From Bdellovibrionales bacterium (GTDB lineage Bacteria > Bdellovibrionota > Bdellovibrionia > Bdellovibrionales > UBA1609), in assembly GCA_965203095.1 (NCBI GenBank), contig OZ241877.1, forward strand, positions 1,600,001 to 1,664,000: 64,000 bases of DNA. The letters are read 5' to 3'. The position numbers were made by a program, and so were the translations under genes. Every line of letters starts with the position of its first letter. Position 1 is the stretch's first letter. Under the pieces are notes generated by a model that made no database searches, was not told the DNA's origin, and saw only the letters and a list, made by a program, of their open reading frames with translations. This document shows positions 29,368 through 39,971 of the stretch, in pieces.

Positions 29368-29899
29368 GATCGGGAATTTGAACGCGTCCGGAAATCTCTT
29401 GTTCGCCATAGACTTCAGTATTGCCAAAGACTTTAGCCCATTCAAACACTTGAGCTTGATCAAAAATTTTAGCCTCTCCATAAATATTGGCCCGATCAAA
29501 TACTTTGGCCTGGCCATAAATTTTGGCTTGCTCATAAATTACAGGCCAGCCATAAACTTCAGCCTGAGCAAAAACCATAGCCTCTCCGTAAATGATAGCC
29601 CAGCCGGAAATTTGAGCTTCTCCATAAATTTGTGCATTGCCGGAAATTCGACCTCCGGAAACTTTGGCATTGCCAAAAACTTTGGCCTGACCTTTCACCA
29701 CGGAATCGCCCGTCACATTGGCTTTATCGCAAACTTGAGCTGATGGTCCTACATAAACCGATTCTTCAACAAAGGCGGTATCCGCTACAAAACCTCCGCC
29801 GTAAACATGAGCTGAGCCTTCAGCCCCATTGCAGGGAATAGCGGATTTTGCTGAAAAAGCCCAACTGCTGATAAAAATAAAAAATAGTGTTTTCATCAT
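29354..29899 (-). CDS. Secreted hexapeptide-repeat (left-handed beta-helix-like) protein
   Basis: Signal peptide MMKTLFFIFISSWAFSA, then GGFVADTA and about 16 repeats of (V/I)xGxA-type hexads. Confidence 0.8.
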   Translation of the reverse strand: MMKTLFFIFISSWAFSAKSAIPCNGAEGSAHVYGGGFVADTAFVEESVYVGPSAQVCDKANVTGDSVVKGQAKVFGNAKVSGGRISGNAQIYGEAQISGWAIIYGEAMVFAQAEVYGWPVIYEQAKIYGQAKVFDRANIYGEAKIFDQAQVFEWAKVFGNTEVYGEQEISGRVQIPDLERN

Positions 29900-29997
29900 T
29901 CGACTCCTTATTTTTGTTAGGATTATACTGAACTTCTCCCTAACTTCAAGAAAAATTAGGTTCATGACACCTGGAGAGGGGTATTTTATTAAAAAAT

Positions 29998-31518
29998 TTA
30001 CTCCCATTCAATAGTTCCGGGGGGTTTGCTGGTAATGTCATAAAGAACACGGTTAATCCCTCGGACTTCATTGGCTATCCGGCGGGAAAGCCCTCTCAAA
30101 AAATCATCTGGAAAAGCAAACCAATCCGCTGTCATGCCGTCTGAAGAAAGCACGGCTCGAATGGCCAAACTTCTCTCATAAGTCCGATGATCCCCTTGAA
30201 CACCCACAGTTCGCAAAGGGAGCAAAACACAAAAAGCCTGCCAAATTTTATCATAGAGATCATGTTTTTTAAGTTCTTCCATATATATAGCATCGGCCTG
30301 CCTCAAGATTTTCAAAAACTCTGGCTCCACAGGGCCTAAACAACGAATGGATAGGCCCGGCCCGGGAAAAGGATGACGGTTTAAAATTTCTTTTGGCAGG
30401 TTTAAAGATTGGCCCAATTCCCGAACTTCATCCTTAAAAAGCTCTTTTAAAGGTTCTACTAAAATCAGGTCCAGATCCTTTGGTAGTCCGCCCACATTGT
30501 GATGGGATTTAATGCTGAGTTCGCTTTTTGCCGGAGACAGGCTCTCTATCACATCAGGATATAAAGTTCCTTGGGCCAAATATTTGCAAGATTTCATCTC
30601 CTCCTTAAAAATATCTATAAATAGTTGGCCGATAATTTTTCGCTTTTGCTCCGGATCAGAAACAGCTTTTAAGGCATTGAGAAATCTCCCTTCCGCCCGA
30701 ACCGCCTGAACATTTAAACCCATTGAGCTATAATAATTTAAAACCTCCTCATACTCCCCCTCCCTGAGAAGGCCAGTATCCACAAAAACACATTGTGTTC
30801 TCTCCGGGCCTAAGGCCTGAGAGATGAGAACCGCCGTGACTGTGGAATCCACCCCACCACTCAAAGCACAAAATACATTTTCCTTTTTGGGGACTGTCTT
30901 CGTGATTTTTTCTAAAAGCTCCTCTTTAACTGAATGAGCATGCCACTTCCCCTCCCCAGCTTGACAATATTTAAGGGCAAAGGCTTTTAAAAGCTCCTTG
31001 CCCTTTTCTGTATGGCTTACTTCAGGATGAAATTGAAAGGCCAAAAGGCGATCCATAGAAAAGGCGGTAATAAGCCCTTTAGAATCTTTTGCCAACACTT
31101 TAGCAGAAGAGGGTAAGGAATTGATGGAGTCCCCATGACTCATCCAAACTTTTTGCTTTTTGACCCCTGGCAAAAGTTTCTCTTGCCAATAAATAGTGCT
31201 GGAACCATAAGTTCGTTGAGAAGTTTTAGAGAGCTTTCCTCCTTTTTGAAAAGCCACCATCTGCATCCCATAGCAGATGGCCAACACAGGGGCTGTAGCC
31301 AACAATTCCTCTAAGGGGCGGTGGGGGGAAGAAGGATCTAAAACAGAATCAGGCCCTCCGCTAAGGACAATGCCCAAAGGCTTTTTATCCTTAATTTTTT
31401 GCAAGTTTTCATCATAAGGCATTAGCTCAGAGTAATAGCCCATCTCGCGAAAACATCGGGCAATCAGCCAAGTGTATTGGGAACCAAAATCCAAGATAAT
31501 AAAAGGTGGATTTTTCAT
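29998..31518 (-). CDS. guaA: GMP synthase (glutamine-hydrolysing)
   Basis: LDFGSQY, ICYGMQ, QFHPEV, SGGVDS, IKSHHNVGG, RHPFPGPGL, SKPPGTIEWE. Confidence 0.97.
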   Translation of the reverse strand: MKNPPFIILDFGSQYTWLIARCFREMGYYSELMPYDENLQKIKDKKPLGIVLSGGPDSVLDPSSPHRPLEELLATAPVLAICYGMQMVAFQKGGKLSKTSQRTYGSSTIYWQEKLLPGVKKQKVWMSHGDSINSLPSSAKVLAKDSKGLITAFSMDRLLAFQFHPEVSHTEKGKELLKAFALKYCQAGEGKWHAHSVKEELLEKITKTVPKKENVFCALSGGVDSTVTAVLISQALGPERTQCVFVDTGLLREGEYEEVLNYYSSMGLNVQAVRAEGRFLNALKAVSDPEQKRKIIGQLFIDIFKEEMKSCKYLAQGTLYPDVIESLSPAKSELSIKSHHNVGGLPKDLDLILVEPLKELFKDEVRELGQSLNLPKEILNRHPFPGPGLSIRCLGPVEPEFLKILRQADAIYMEELKKHDLYDKIWQAFCVLLPLRTVGVQGDHRTYERSLAIRAVLSSDGMTADWFAFPDDFLRGLSRRIANEVRGINRVLYDITSKPPGTIEWE

Positions 31519-31855
31519 AACAAAAAATTAGGCCCCGCCCATTATACGGCTTTGTTTCCAGTTTTCATGTCTTTTTTGAACTTTTTTTGTTAAAATCTCT
31601 GTTTTTGTCCTTTTTTTTATTCTAAAATCAACCGATAGGCTTTATATGAAAGCCTATTTGTTTTTTGCCTTTAAAATTTTTGTTTGGTCTTTTGTCCTTT
31701 TTTCACTTTTTATGGTCGGATTTTTTTAAAAAAGCCATTAAATACCCTTAAATTGAATAAATTTTTTTTTCATTTTTCATTCCCTCTTATTTGATCACTT
31801 GTAAAAATTACACAATACTTGACTCTTTTTAAAGCCATAGTGTAAAAGCCTTGCT

Positions 31856-32932
31856 ATGCAAAAAATAATTTATGCATTTATTTTTCTCCCTCTCCTTTTC
31901 CTGTCTAATGATTGCTACGGGTCGGGGAGAAGATCTAAAACACCAATATCAGACACTATTGAAGATGTGGGATCAGAGTTATTGGGTATTGCAGTAACTC
32001 CACTTGCAGTCGTTGAGGAGGCGGTTTCAGGTCCGTTTGAAGATGGAGGGTTAGAAGAGTTAGCCTCTTACCTTGAAGATATCGGCCCGTTGCCAGCCAA
32101 AAAAAAGAAAAAGAAAAAGATACTATCTGAAGAAGAAAAAGCAGAGAGAAAAGAAATAAGAAGAAAAGAAGCAGAAGAAAGAAAACAGAAAGCCGAAATC
32201 GAAAGAAAAGAAGCAGAAAAGAGAAAAGCAGAAAGAAATAAAGGAGCCACTGCACTCCATCACCTTGTTCCTGAAAAAAGACTATCAATTAATTTAGAGC
32301 TTTCAGACAGTGTAAGCTATTCATTTTTGATAAAGTTCAAAGTTATAGAGGAAAAAAGCGAAAGACGAAGAGCAAATATGGCGAATACTATTATAAAAAA
32401 CGGTGTGGATATCAATGCCAAAAACGGTGATGGTGAGACTGCTCTGCTTTTATCCATTAAATGGCATTATCCATTGGTTTTTAAACAACTTTTAGCTCAT
32501 GGAGCCGATATCAATCTTTCTGACAAGTGGAATAACAGCCCTGCCCATTGGCTCTTTTCCCTGCCCAATGAGAGGGTGTTCCCTCCTGAACACTGGCGTT
32601 CCTATTATGTTGAGGATTTTGTCCAAAGATGGTTTAGCTCGCTTTTTTATAAAAAAGATCTGGATTTATCTATCAGAAATAATGAAGGAAAGACAGCCTT
32701 AGAGCTGGCTGTTCAAAATGGCTATCGGCGAATGGCCTTATTGATAATAAAAAAAGGAACGGGCTATCTAAGCCAGAATGAAAGAGAGCGTATCCTCCGT
32801 CAAGCTGTAGAACAGAGCTGGCCGGGGGTTGTTAAACGACTAAGCAATAGGAACAATCTATCGACTTCAACTCCCTCCCCCAGTTTTTTTAAGAACTGCC
32901 GAAGAGTTTTTTCTGGCTTTTCTCCAAAGTGA
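31856..32932 (+). CDS. Secreted ankyrin-repeat protein with a charged coiled-coil region
   Basis: Signal peptide; GVDINAKNGDGETAL, GADINLSDKWNNSPAH, RNNEGKTALELA. Confidence 0.85.
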   Translation: MQKIIYAFIFLPLLFLSNDCYGSGRRSKTPISDTIEDVGSELLGIAVTPLAVVEEAVSGPFEDGGLEELASYLEDIGPLPAKKKKKKKILSEEEKAERKEIRRKEAEERKQKAEIERKEAEKRKAERNKGATALHHLVPEKRLSINLELSDSVSYSFLIKFKVIEEKSERRRANMANTIIKNGVDINAKNGDGETALLLSIKWHYPLVFKQLLAHGADINLSDKWNNSPAHWLFSLPNERVFPPEHWRSYYVEDFVQRWFSSLFYKKDLDLSIRNNEGKTALELAVQNGYRRMALLIIKKGTGYLSQNERERILRQAVEQSWPGVVKRLSNRNNLSTSTPSPSFFKNCRRVFSGFSPK

Positions 32933-33729
32933 AGTTTCAGATCTTATCCCTTTTTCCAGAGTTTTTTAAATCCTGCTTTCAAGTGGGGCTGTTAAGTAAA
33001 GCCATTCAAAACTCCCTTATTCAAGTGGATCTGGTGGATATCAAAAAATTTACAGGAAAGGGGAGGGCAGACAGCTATCCTTTTGGAGGGGGCGATGGCA
33101 TGTTGATAACTTATGAGCCTTTAAAAAAGGCCCTCCAATCTGTTAAAAACCCTGGCTGGCGGATCTATTTGTCGGCCCAAGGAGAGAGATGGTCAGCTCA
33201 AAAGGCAAGAGATTACTCAAAAAAATATAAAAATCTCAGTTTGATTTGTGGTCGTTATGGGGGGATAGATGCTCGCTTTGTTCAGGACTTTGTAGATGAG
33301 GAAATCTCTATTGGAGATTATATTTTAAACGGAGGGGAGGCTCCCGCCCTTGTTTTAATAGAGAGCCTTTCCCGATTTTTGCCCGGCTTCTTAGGCAATA
33401 AAAAATCCTCTCAACAAGAAAGTTTTGAAAACTCCCTTTTAGAAGGCCCCGCTTGGGCTAAACCCCGCGAGATCAAAGGGCATAGCCTCCCTAACTTGAT
33501 CTTGAGTGGCCATCACGAAAATATAAAAAAACTCAGGTTTTACAGCTCCTTACTTTTGACATGGCTTAAAAGGCCCGATCTTTTAAAAGAAAGGGAAGAT
33601 CTCAAAGCCCAGCTCCCTCAAGCCAAAAAGTTTTTGAGCTTTTTGCCAGTAGAAGAGCTGAAAGCCCTTGGCTTTTGCAAAAAACAAGAGGCTTTAGCCT
33701 TATTTCAACAGGATAAAAAGGAACATTAA
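32929..33729 (+). CDS. trmD: tRNA (guanine37-N1)-methyltransferase
   Basis: LSLFPE, PFGGGDGM, ICGRYGGIDAR, SIGDYILNGGE, SGHH. Confidence 0.95.
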   Translation: MKFQILSLFPEFFKSCFQVGLLSKAIQNSLIQVDLVDIKKFTGKGRADSYPFGGGDGMLITYEPLKKALQSVKNPGWRIYLSAQGERWSAQKARDYSKKYKNLSLICGRYGGIDARFVQDFVDEEISIGDYILNGGEAPALVLIESLSRFLPGFLGNKKSSQQESFENSLLEGPAWAKPREIKGHSLPNLILSGHHENIKKLRFYSSLLLTWLKRPDLLKEREDLKAQLPQAKKFLSFLPVEELKALGFCKKQEALALFQQDKKEH

Positions 33730-33740
33730 TAGAGCAGAGG

Positions 33741-33932
33741 TAGTCCCCCGTGAAAAAGTCTCAGTAAGACCTTCTCATTCTCTGCTTTTACAGGGGCAGA
33801 CTTTTCAATCACTTTTGCCTAAAGGCCGTCCCATGAGGGTCCAAGGTATTGCCGTCCCGAAATGGGACGGACCTTTAGGCAAAGAAACTGAAGAATCCCC
33901 TGTGAATTATAGAGGTTTTTCACGAGCGACTA
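33741..33932. mobile_element. MITE-like element copy 7 (complete, 192 bp)
   Basis: TAGTCCCCCGTGAAAAA ... TTTTTCACGAGCGACTA; sits between trmD and rplS. Confidence 0.87.
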
Positions 33933-33991
33933 TTTAGTTTACTTCAAAAAAAACTTGACCTCCTCCCACAGTGCTTGTAGGAAAAAGGGCT

Positions 33992-34336
33992 ATGGATAAA
34001 ATTCGGGAAATTTGCCTCAAAAGCTATCCTTTAAAAAACAACTCTCTCCAGCCGGGGGACACAGTTAAAGTCTCTCTCCTGGTAAAAGAAGGAAGTAAAG
34101 AGAGGGTCCAAATCTTCGAGGGGCTTGTGATTAAAATCCAAGGGCAGGATTTTTGCCGATCCTTTACTGTGCGAAAGATCTCCTCAGGAGTGGGGGTGGA
34201 GAAGACCATTCCCCTGGCCAGCCCTTATATTAAAAATATAGAGATCTTGTCTCGTGCTCGAGTCCGAAGGGCCCGTCTTTTTTATTTGCGTCGTCTCAAA
34301 GGCCGAGCTGGTCGCTTAAAAGTCAAAAGTCAGTAG
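33992..34336 (+). CDS. rplS: 50S ribosomal protein L19
   Basis: PGDTVKV, KEGSKERVQIFEG, FTVRKISSGVGVE, VRRARLFYLR. Confidence 0.96.
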   Translation: MDKIREICLKSYPLKNNSLQPGDTVKVSLLVKEGSKERVQIFEGLVIKIQGQDFCRSFTVRKISSGVGVEKTIPLASPYIKNIEILSRARVRRARLFYLRRLKGRAGRLKVKSQ

Positions 34337-34494
34337 CCCCCTGTTATTTTTTTAAGAATAGCCGGCTTTTTCATGGTTCTATTTTTCTGAAAGTTGAACC
34401 CAACAAATCGCCTGCTTAGAAGAGCTGAGAGCATAAATTTTCTTTTTTGCACTTATCTTATAGACTGGAATGGACAGGAAACTAAAGGAAAGTT

Positions 34495-36333
34495 TTATTG
34501 ATTTTTAAGGTTATGGTTTTTTGGTAAAAAAATTAATATTAAAATCAGTGCTATTAAACTGAACCATAAAACTATGGGGTTGATGAGATGGCCCCATAAG
34601 GCAAACACAGTTTTTTGTTCTCTGTTTGAAGAGTAGGGGACTTTTACAAACCAAGCCCCTTTTTTAGCAGGAAGGATAGTCAGCTCCCCTTTAGCAGAGA
34701 TCACAGCAGAGAGGCCGGAGTTGGTCCCGCGAAGTAAGGGCCGGCGGACTTCTATCGCACGGGCTAAAGTCATATACAGATTTTGCAAAGGTTCTTGCCA
34801 ACTTCCAAACCAAGAATCATTGGCAACATTGATTAAAATGTCCGCCCCCGATGTCGACAGATCACGAGTGAGCCTGGCAAATAAAGACTCATAGCAAATC
34901 TGAAATCCCAAATTCAATCCGTTGAGAGAAATAATTTTATTGTCCCCATGCCCTTTGTCAAAAGTGATGTCTCCAAAAAGGCTTTTGCTCCACTTGGGGA
35001 AAAAGTGAATGAAAGGGGCCTTTTCCCCAAAAAGCATTAAAATCATTTTGTCATAAGAACCTTGAACTATCCGACCCTCCCTATCAAAAACAAAAATAGA
35101 GTTGCTTTGTTGAGACTGGTAATGCCCTTCGGCTGAAACAATTAAAGGGGTGTTAAAAACCAAGGGCCATTTTTGCACTGGATCCTGACCTTTTAGGGCA
35201 TATTCTTTATTTATAGGATAAGGCCAAGCTCCCTCTGGCCATAAAATGAAATCTAAGTTTTCTATAGCAGAATGTTCCATAAGGGCTGGCCCCAGCCTCT
35301 TTTTTTGAGAAGTTTTTGTAGGAAAAAAAAGATCTCCCTCAAGGGGAGATTTATACTGATCGGGCCACAAAAGCCGGGAAGTCTCTTGCAGGAGTCGGGA
35401 TGAGATAAAATCATCCCATTGTTCTTTTCCTTGTTTTTGATTTTCAATATGGGGTTGAACCAGCAAAACAGAGGCTTGGCTGTCGGGTGCTGTCCATCGG
35501 CTTTTTAAATAAAGCCCATAAATATTGAGGCTGAAAAAAAGGGCCAAGCCAATAGATAGAGGGACATAAATGCCTTTGTTTTTTATTGCCTGAGAAAAGA
35601 CAGACCGAAGAGATAATTTTTGAACTGAGAGTTTTATTTTTTTAAAAAATAGGCTCAAGGTATGAGCTAAAGCCTTTTTCTTTTGAGTTAAAATACCTTT
35701 AGGCTGAGAGGAAAGTTGGAAAAAAGATTTATGAAAATTTTTGAAAGCCAATAAAAACAGAAAGTTAAAAAACAAAGTCAGGCTGTTTAAAAATTGAAAG
35801 CCCCATATTTCTGCTGTTTGAAAGGCGGGCCATCCGGCATAAAGCCAAGTGTAGCCAAAGTGCCATTTAAAAATGATATAATAATACTCCATGCTCAATA
35901 GGGAATAGAGAGGGAGAAATAAGAGTGAAATTTTTTTAAGAGCGGTGTCAGATTTTTGGGGACTTTCCCACACGAAGGATCTGATAGGGATCAGGGCCTT
36001 CTCACTAAAGGACCAAAGGCTCAAAGCTATGGGGATATGAAGATTGGCTAAAGAGGCAAAGGCTATAAGGCCCAACAAAGACAGGGGCCAAGGTAAAATA
36101 TCAAACTCTTTTATTGTGTAATTTAGGTAGTTAAAGCCGATTAAAGTTCCTGCAAATTGTGAGAACCAGCCCCCAATAAAAAGGGATTTAAAAGATGGTC
36201 TTTTTAAAGCAAAAAACCAAAGGGGAACATAGCAAAAAAATAGTGCCCAAGGAGGGAAGGGGATAAAGCTTAAGCCCATTAAAATGCCGGAAAGCAAAGG
36301 CAGAAAGTAAAAACGGATGAACCGGACAGGCAT
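34495..36333 (-). CDS. lnt: Apolipoprotein N-acyltransferase
   Basis: Multi-TM N-terminus, LWPEG, YDK..L..FGE, ICYES, NDSWFG, RAIE.RRPLLRGTNSG. Confidence 0.93.
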   Translation of the reverse strand: MPVRFIRFYFLPLLSGILMGLSFIPFPPWALFFCYVPLWFFALKRPSFKSLFIGGWFSQFAGTLIGFNYLNYTIKEFDILPWPLSLLGLIAFASLANLHIPIALSLWSFSEKALIPIRSFVWESPQKSDTALKKISLLFLPLYSLLSMEYYYIIFKWHFGYTWLYAGWPAFQTAEIWGFQFLNSLTLFFNFLFLLAFKNFHKSFFQLSSQPKGILTQKKKALAHTLSLFFKKIKLSVQKLSLRSVFSQAIKNKGIYVPLSIGLALFFSLNIYGLYLKSRWTAPDSQASVLLVQPHIENQKQGKEQWDDFISSRLLQETSRLLWPDQYKSPLEGDLFFPTKTSQKKRLGPALMEHSAIENLDFILWPEGAWPYPINKEYALKGQDPVQKWPLVFNTPLIVSAEGHYQSQQSNSIFVFDREGRIVQGSYDKMILMLFGEKAPFIHFFPKWSKSLFGDITFDKGHGDNKIISLNGLNLGFQICYESLFARLTRDLSTSGADILINVANDSWFGSWQEPLQNLYMTLARAIEVRRPLLRGTNSGLSAVISAKGELTILPAKKGAWFVKVPYSSNREQKTVFALWGHLINPIVLWFSLIALILILIFLPKNHNLKNQ

Positions 36334-36410
36334 TTAAACTGATTTTGCAATCCTTACTTTCATTGTTTCAGACATATTTAATTGGTTTAGTTTATATCTT
36401 TCTAAAAAAT

Positions 36411-36893
36411 CTACCAATTGTAATGGGAAAAGGCCCTGTTGGATTCCGCCATTCGATGGACATCTTCTTTCTTTTTAATAGAACTTCCCCGTCGTTTGTA
36501 AGCCTCAAGCAGTTCTCTACCTAAGCTTTCAGCAAAAGCCTTGCCTTTTCTGTTTTTTCGAGAATGATGAACTATCCAACGCATAGCCAGAGTCACGCGA
36601 CGGGCCGGACGCACATCCACAGGCACCTGATAAGTGGCCCCTCCCACACGACGAGAGCGGACTTCTAAAGAGGGCTTGCAATTGTCAACAGCTTTTTTAA
36701 AAACAGATAAAGGCTCTTCGGAAGACTCCCATTCTTTTATTTTTTTAAGGGCAGAGTAAAAAATTTGGCGAGCCTTCTCCTTTTTGCCATGCATAGTCAG
36801 TTTGTTGATAAAACGAGCCACTGTGAGATCTTGAAACATTGGGTCAGGAGCAATGTTTCTCATCAACTTTCTATTCTTTCTTCTTCTGGACAT
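36411..36893 (-). CDS. rpsG: 30S ribosomal protein S7
   Basis: EVRSRRVGGATYQVP, HRMAESNRAFSHY. Confidence 0.98.
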   Translation of the reverse strand: MSRRRKNRKLMRNIAPDPMFQDLTVARFINKLTMHGKKEKARQIFYSALKKIKEWESSEEPLSVFKKAVDNCKPSLEVRSRRVGGATYQVPVDVRPARRVTLAMRWIVHHSRKNRKGKAFAESLGRELLEAYKRRGSSIKKKEDVHRMAESNRAFSHYNW

Positions 36894-36895
36894 AT

Positions 36896-37270
36896 TTATT
36901 TTTTAGGTTTTTTAGAACCGTATTTGGAGCGAGCTCTTTTCCTCTCCGCAACCCCTTGAGTGTCTAATGTGCCTCGGACAATATGATAGCGAACCCCCGG
37001 AAGATCTTGGACCTTGCCTCCACGAACCAAAACCACACTGTGCTCCTGCAAATTATGGCCAATTCCGGGAATATAGGCATTGACCTCAAAACCTGTGGAA
37101 AGCTTCACCCTGGCGACTTTTCTTAAAGCCGAATTGGGTTTTTTAGGGGTTGTTGTAAAAACCCGTGCACAAACCCCTCTTCTTTGAGGCGATCCGGACA
37201 GGGCTGGAGATCGGGATTTGGACTTTGGCATTGTCCGGCCTTTCCTGATCAATTGGTTTTGTGTAGGCAT
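36896..37270 (-). CDS. rpsL: 30S ribosomal protein S12
   Basis: [25 protein letters not shown]. Confidence 0.98.
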   Translation of the reverse strand: MPTQNQLIRKGRTMPKSKSRSPALSGSPQRRGVCARVFTTTPKKPNSALRKVARVKLSTGFEVNAYIPGIGHNLQEHSVVLVRGGKVQDLPGVRYHIVRGTLDTQGVAERKRARSKYGSKKPKK

Positions 37271-37385
37271 ATTTTTCTCGTTTTCAGGCAAAATAAACTG
37301 AAGGAGGAAACAAAGTCAAGTGTTTTTTTAAACCGGCCCCAACAAGGCTTTGACAAAGCTTTTAAGCTGTGTTTTGTGACTGTAT

Positions 37386-38189
37386 ATGAATCCCGACCTC
37401 ATCCATAAAACCTTTCTCAGTGGGGAATTGTCCCCTTCAGCCAAAAAAGCCGTTCAAGAAAGTATAAAGGCTTTAGATGAAGGGAAGATCCGTGTTTCAG
37501 AAAAATCAAAGGGAAAGTGGCAAGTCAATGAGTGGGTCAAAGAGGCCATTCTCCTATATTTTAAAATAAGCAAAATAAAGGAAATATCCTCTGGAGATTT
37601 TAATTTTTTTGACAAAATTCCACTAAAAAAATGGACCGGCCGGGAGGCCGTCCGGGTGGTGCCACAAGCTTTGGCCCGCTATGGTTCTTATATTGCAAAA
37701 GGGGCTGTGCTTATGCCCTCTTATATCAATATAGGGGCTTATGTGGCTGAAGGTTCTCTAATTGATACCTGGGCCACAGTAGGTTCCGGTGCTCAGGTGG
37801 GAAAGGGGGTTCATGTCTCTGGTGGAGTGGGCATAGGTGGGGTTTTAGAGCCGGTGCAAGCTCAACCTGTTATTATTGAAGATCATGTTTTTATCGGGAG
37901 CCGATCCATTATTGTAGAAGGGGTTTTGGTTCGCGAAAACGCAGTGATAGCCGCAGGAGTGGTTCTTACAAAAAGCTCTAAAATTTTAGATCTGACACAA
38001 GATAAGGTGAGAGAGTTGAGGGGGGAAGTCCCTAAAAACTCTGTTGTGATACCAGGGAGCCGGAGTAAAAAATTTCCGGCAGGAGAGTTTCAAGTCCCCT
38101 GTGCCCTAATAATAGGCAAAAGATCGGAGAAGACAGACAAAAAAGTCTCCCTCAACCAATGTTTAAGGGAATGGAATGTCCCCGTTTAA
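37386..38189 (+). CDS. dapD: Tetrahydrodipicolinate N-succinyltransferase
   Basis: WQVNEWVKEAILLYF, FDKIP, DTWATVGS, SGGVGIGGVLEP. Confidence 0.95.
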   Translation: MNPDLIHKTFLSGELSPSAKKAVQESIKALDEGKIRVSEKSKGKWQVNEWVKEAILLYFKISKIKEISSGDFNFFDKIPLKKWTGREAVRVVPQALARYGSYIAKGAVLMPSYINIGAYVAEGSLIDTWATVGSGAQVGKGVHVSGGVGIGGVLEPVQAQPVIIEDHVFIGSRSIIVEGVLVRENAVIAAGVVLTKSSKILDLTQDKVRELRGEVPKNSVVIPGSRSKKFPAGEFQVPCALIIGKRSEKTDKKVSLNQCLREWNVPV

Positions 38190-38602
38190 GAAGGGCATTG
38201 CTCGTCAATCCATCTTAAAAAGGCGGATGAGGCCCGGCTAAAAGATATGGCCGAAAGCCCGGGGCATTCATAAGGATGTTTTTTAATTAGCTCTTCTGAC
38301 ATTTTTTTATAAAGAGATTTTTTGGTTTTGCAAATTAAAGCCAGTTCCACTTCCTTTTGAAACTTCCCTTTCCATTCATAAAAAGATTGCCCTTTTGGGA
38401 AGAGATTGGCACAAGCAATTAATTTTAAAGATAAAAGATGGCGGGAGATCATTTCGCCCGTTTGAGCAGAGGGGACCATGCAATAGACCAGTAAAAAATC
38501 CTCTGGCCGGAGATCGAGATTTTGAGAAGATTCCTGGCTTGGTTCAATAATAGACATTTTTGACATCTCTCGTAGATTAAACTCCTTATTTGGTAAATTC
38601 AA
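38186..38602 (-). CDS. cutA: Divalent-cation tolerance protein CutA
   Basis: LIACAN, SFYEWKG, KT, HPYECP. Confidence 0.88.
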   Translation of the reverse strand: MNLPNKEFNLREMSKMSIIEPSQESSQNLDLRPEDFLLVYCMVPSAQTGEMISRHLLSLKLIACANLFPKGQSFYEWKGKFQKEVELALICKTKKSLYKKMSEELIKKHPYECPGLSAISFSRASSAFLRWIDEQCPS

Positions 38603-38665
38603 GGGGCTGGACTTGAAAAGTCCTAAAATAGAGTTTAAAATTTAAAAAATAAGGAATCCATTGCA

Positions 38666-39943
38666 TTGGAAAAAACAGGCCCAAAACTCTCTCCTGAACA
38701 ACAGTTCCAGATCCTATCCCAAGGTGTTGTGGATATCATTAGCGAAAAAGAGCTGATGGATAAACTGAAATTAAAAAGAGCTCTTCGGGTTAAAGCCGGC
38801 TTTGACCCTTCAAAACCGGACATTCATTTAGGCCATGCGATTTTGATCAACAAGCTTTGCCAGTTTCAATCCGCTGGCCATGAGGTGATCTTTGTTGTGG
38901 GGGACTGGACAGCCTGTGTGGGAGATCCTTCGGGCCAAAACAAAACCCGCCCTCTGCTCTCTTTTGCAGAGGCAAAAAAAAACTCCCTCAGCTATGCCCA
39001 ACAAGCTATGGGAGTCAATTTTAAAGCCCCAAAAACTTTAGATGAACGAGGCCGTCAAATTTTTTCCTTTTTTAAAAAATTAGATCCCAAAAAAACAAAA
39101 TGGGTATATAACTCTGAGTGGATAGACAAAATTTCCCTTAGAAAATTTATTATCTCCATGTGCTCTAAGCTCACGGTGGCTCGGCAGTTGGAGAGAAAAG
39201 ATTTTTCATCAAGATACAAGGCCGGCCGGCCGATTGCTTTGCATGAATTTCTCTACCCTCTTTTGCAGGCTTACGACTCGGTCCATCTGAAGGCGGATGT
39301 AGAGATAGGCGGATCAGATCAGCTTTTTAACCTCCTTTTAGGTCGTTCTTTACAAGAGCAACAGGGGCAAAAGCCTCAAGTTGCACTCAGCCTCCCCCTT
39401 CTGGAGGGGACTGATGGCCAACAAAAAATGTCAAAAAGTTTAAACAATGCCATTAGTTTTAATGACCCTCCTAAGGATATTTATGGCAAGGTGATGAAAA
39501 TCTCTGACCAACTCCTATCTCGCTATATTCATCTATTTACTGAGGGAAAAACCAACTTGCAAGAGCTTTTTCAATCGGGAAAGCTTTTTCCCAAACAGGA
39601 GAAAGAAAAACTGGCCTATCTTTTAGTTTGTGCTTTTTACAGTGAGGCTAAGGCTGATGAAGTGCAAAGGGAATGGAGAAAAGTTTTTTCCGAAAGGGGG
39701 CTACCCGATCATATTCCTAAAAAAAACATTCCCCCAGTAAAAAATGTGGGGATATGCCAGTTGCTAAAAGAAGTGGGGCTATTCCCTTCTGCAAGTTCTG
39801 CCCGGAGGGGGATTGAGGCTGGAGCTGTTCGAAAAAATGGGCAAAAACTTACTGATTTTCAAGAAAAGCTGAACCTGGGTCCGGGTGCTGAATTTTTATT
39901 GAGTTTTGGAAAAAGAAAAATAGTTCGGGTCAAAGTAAAATGA
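38666..39943 (+). CDS. tyrS: Tyrosine--tRNA ligase
   Basis: GFDPSKPDIHLGH, EFLYPLLQAYDS, GGSDQ, KMSKS, C-terminal S4-like domain. Confidence 0.97.
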   Translation: MEKTGPKLSPEQQFQILSQGVVDIISEKELMDKLKLKRALRVKAGFDPSKPDIHLGHAILINKLCQFQSAGHEVIFVVGDWTACVGDPSGQNKTRPLLSFAEAKKNSLSYAQQAMGVNFKAPKTLDERGRQIFSFFKKLDPKKTKWVYNSEWIDKISLRKFIISMCSKLTVARQLERKDFSSRYKAGRPIALHEFLYPLLQAYDSVHLKADVEIGGSDQLFNLLLGRSLQEQQGQKPQVALSLPLLEGTDGQQKMSKSLNNAISFNDPPKDIYGKVMKISDQLLSRYIHLFTEGKTNLQELFQSGKLFPKQEKEKLAYLLVCAFYSEAKADEVQREWRKVFSERGLPDHIPKKNIPPVKNVGICQLLKEVGLFPSASSARRGIEAGAVRKNGQKLTDFQEKLNLGPGAEFLLSFGKRKIVRVKVK

Positions 39944-39971
39944 CTTTGTATTGTAAAAAGGATTTTTTAAA

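Noticed and set aside
29368..29535. N-terminal extension of astB in the ORF track
   Set aside because: It is an alternate-frame reading of the hexapeptide-repeat gene; AstB similarity starts at about LEYNFDG.
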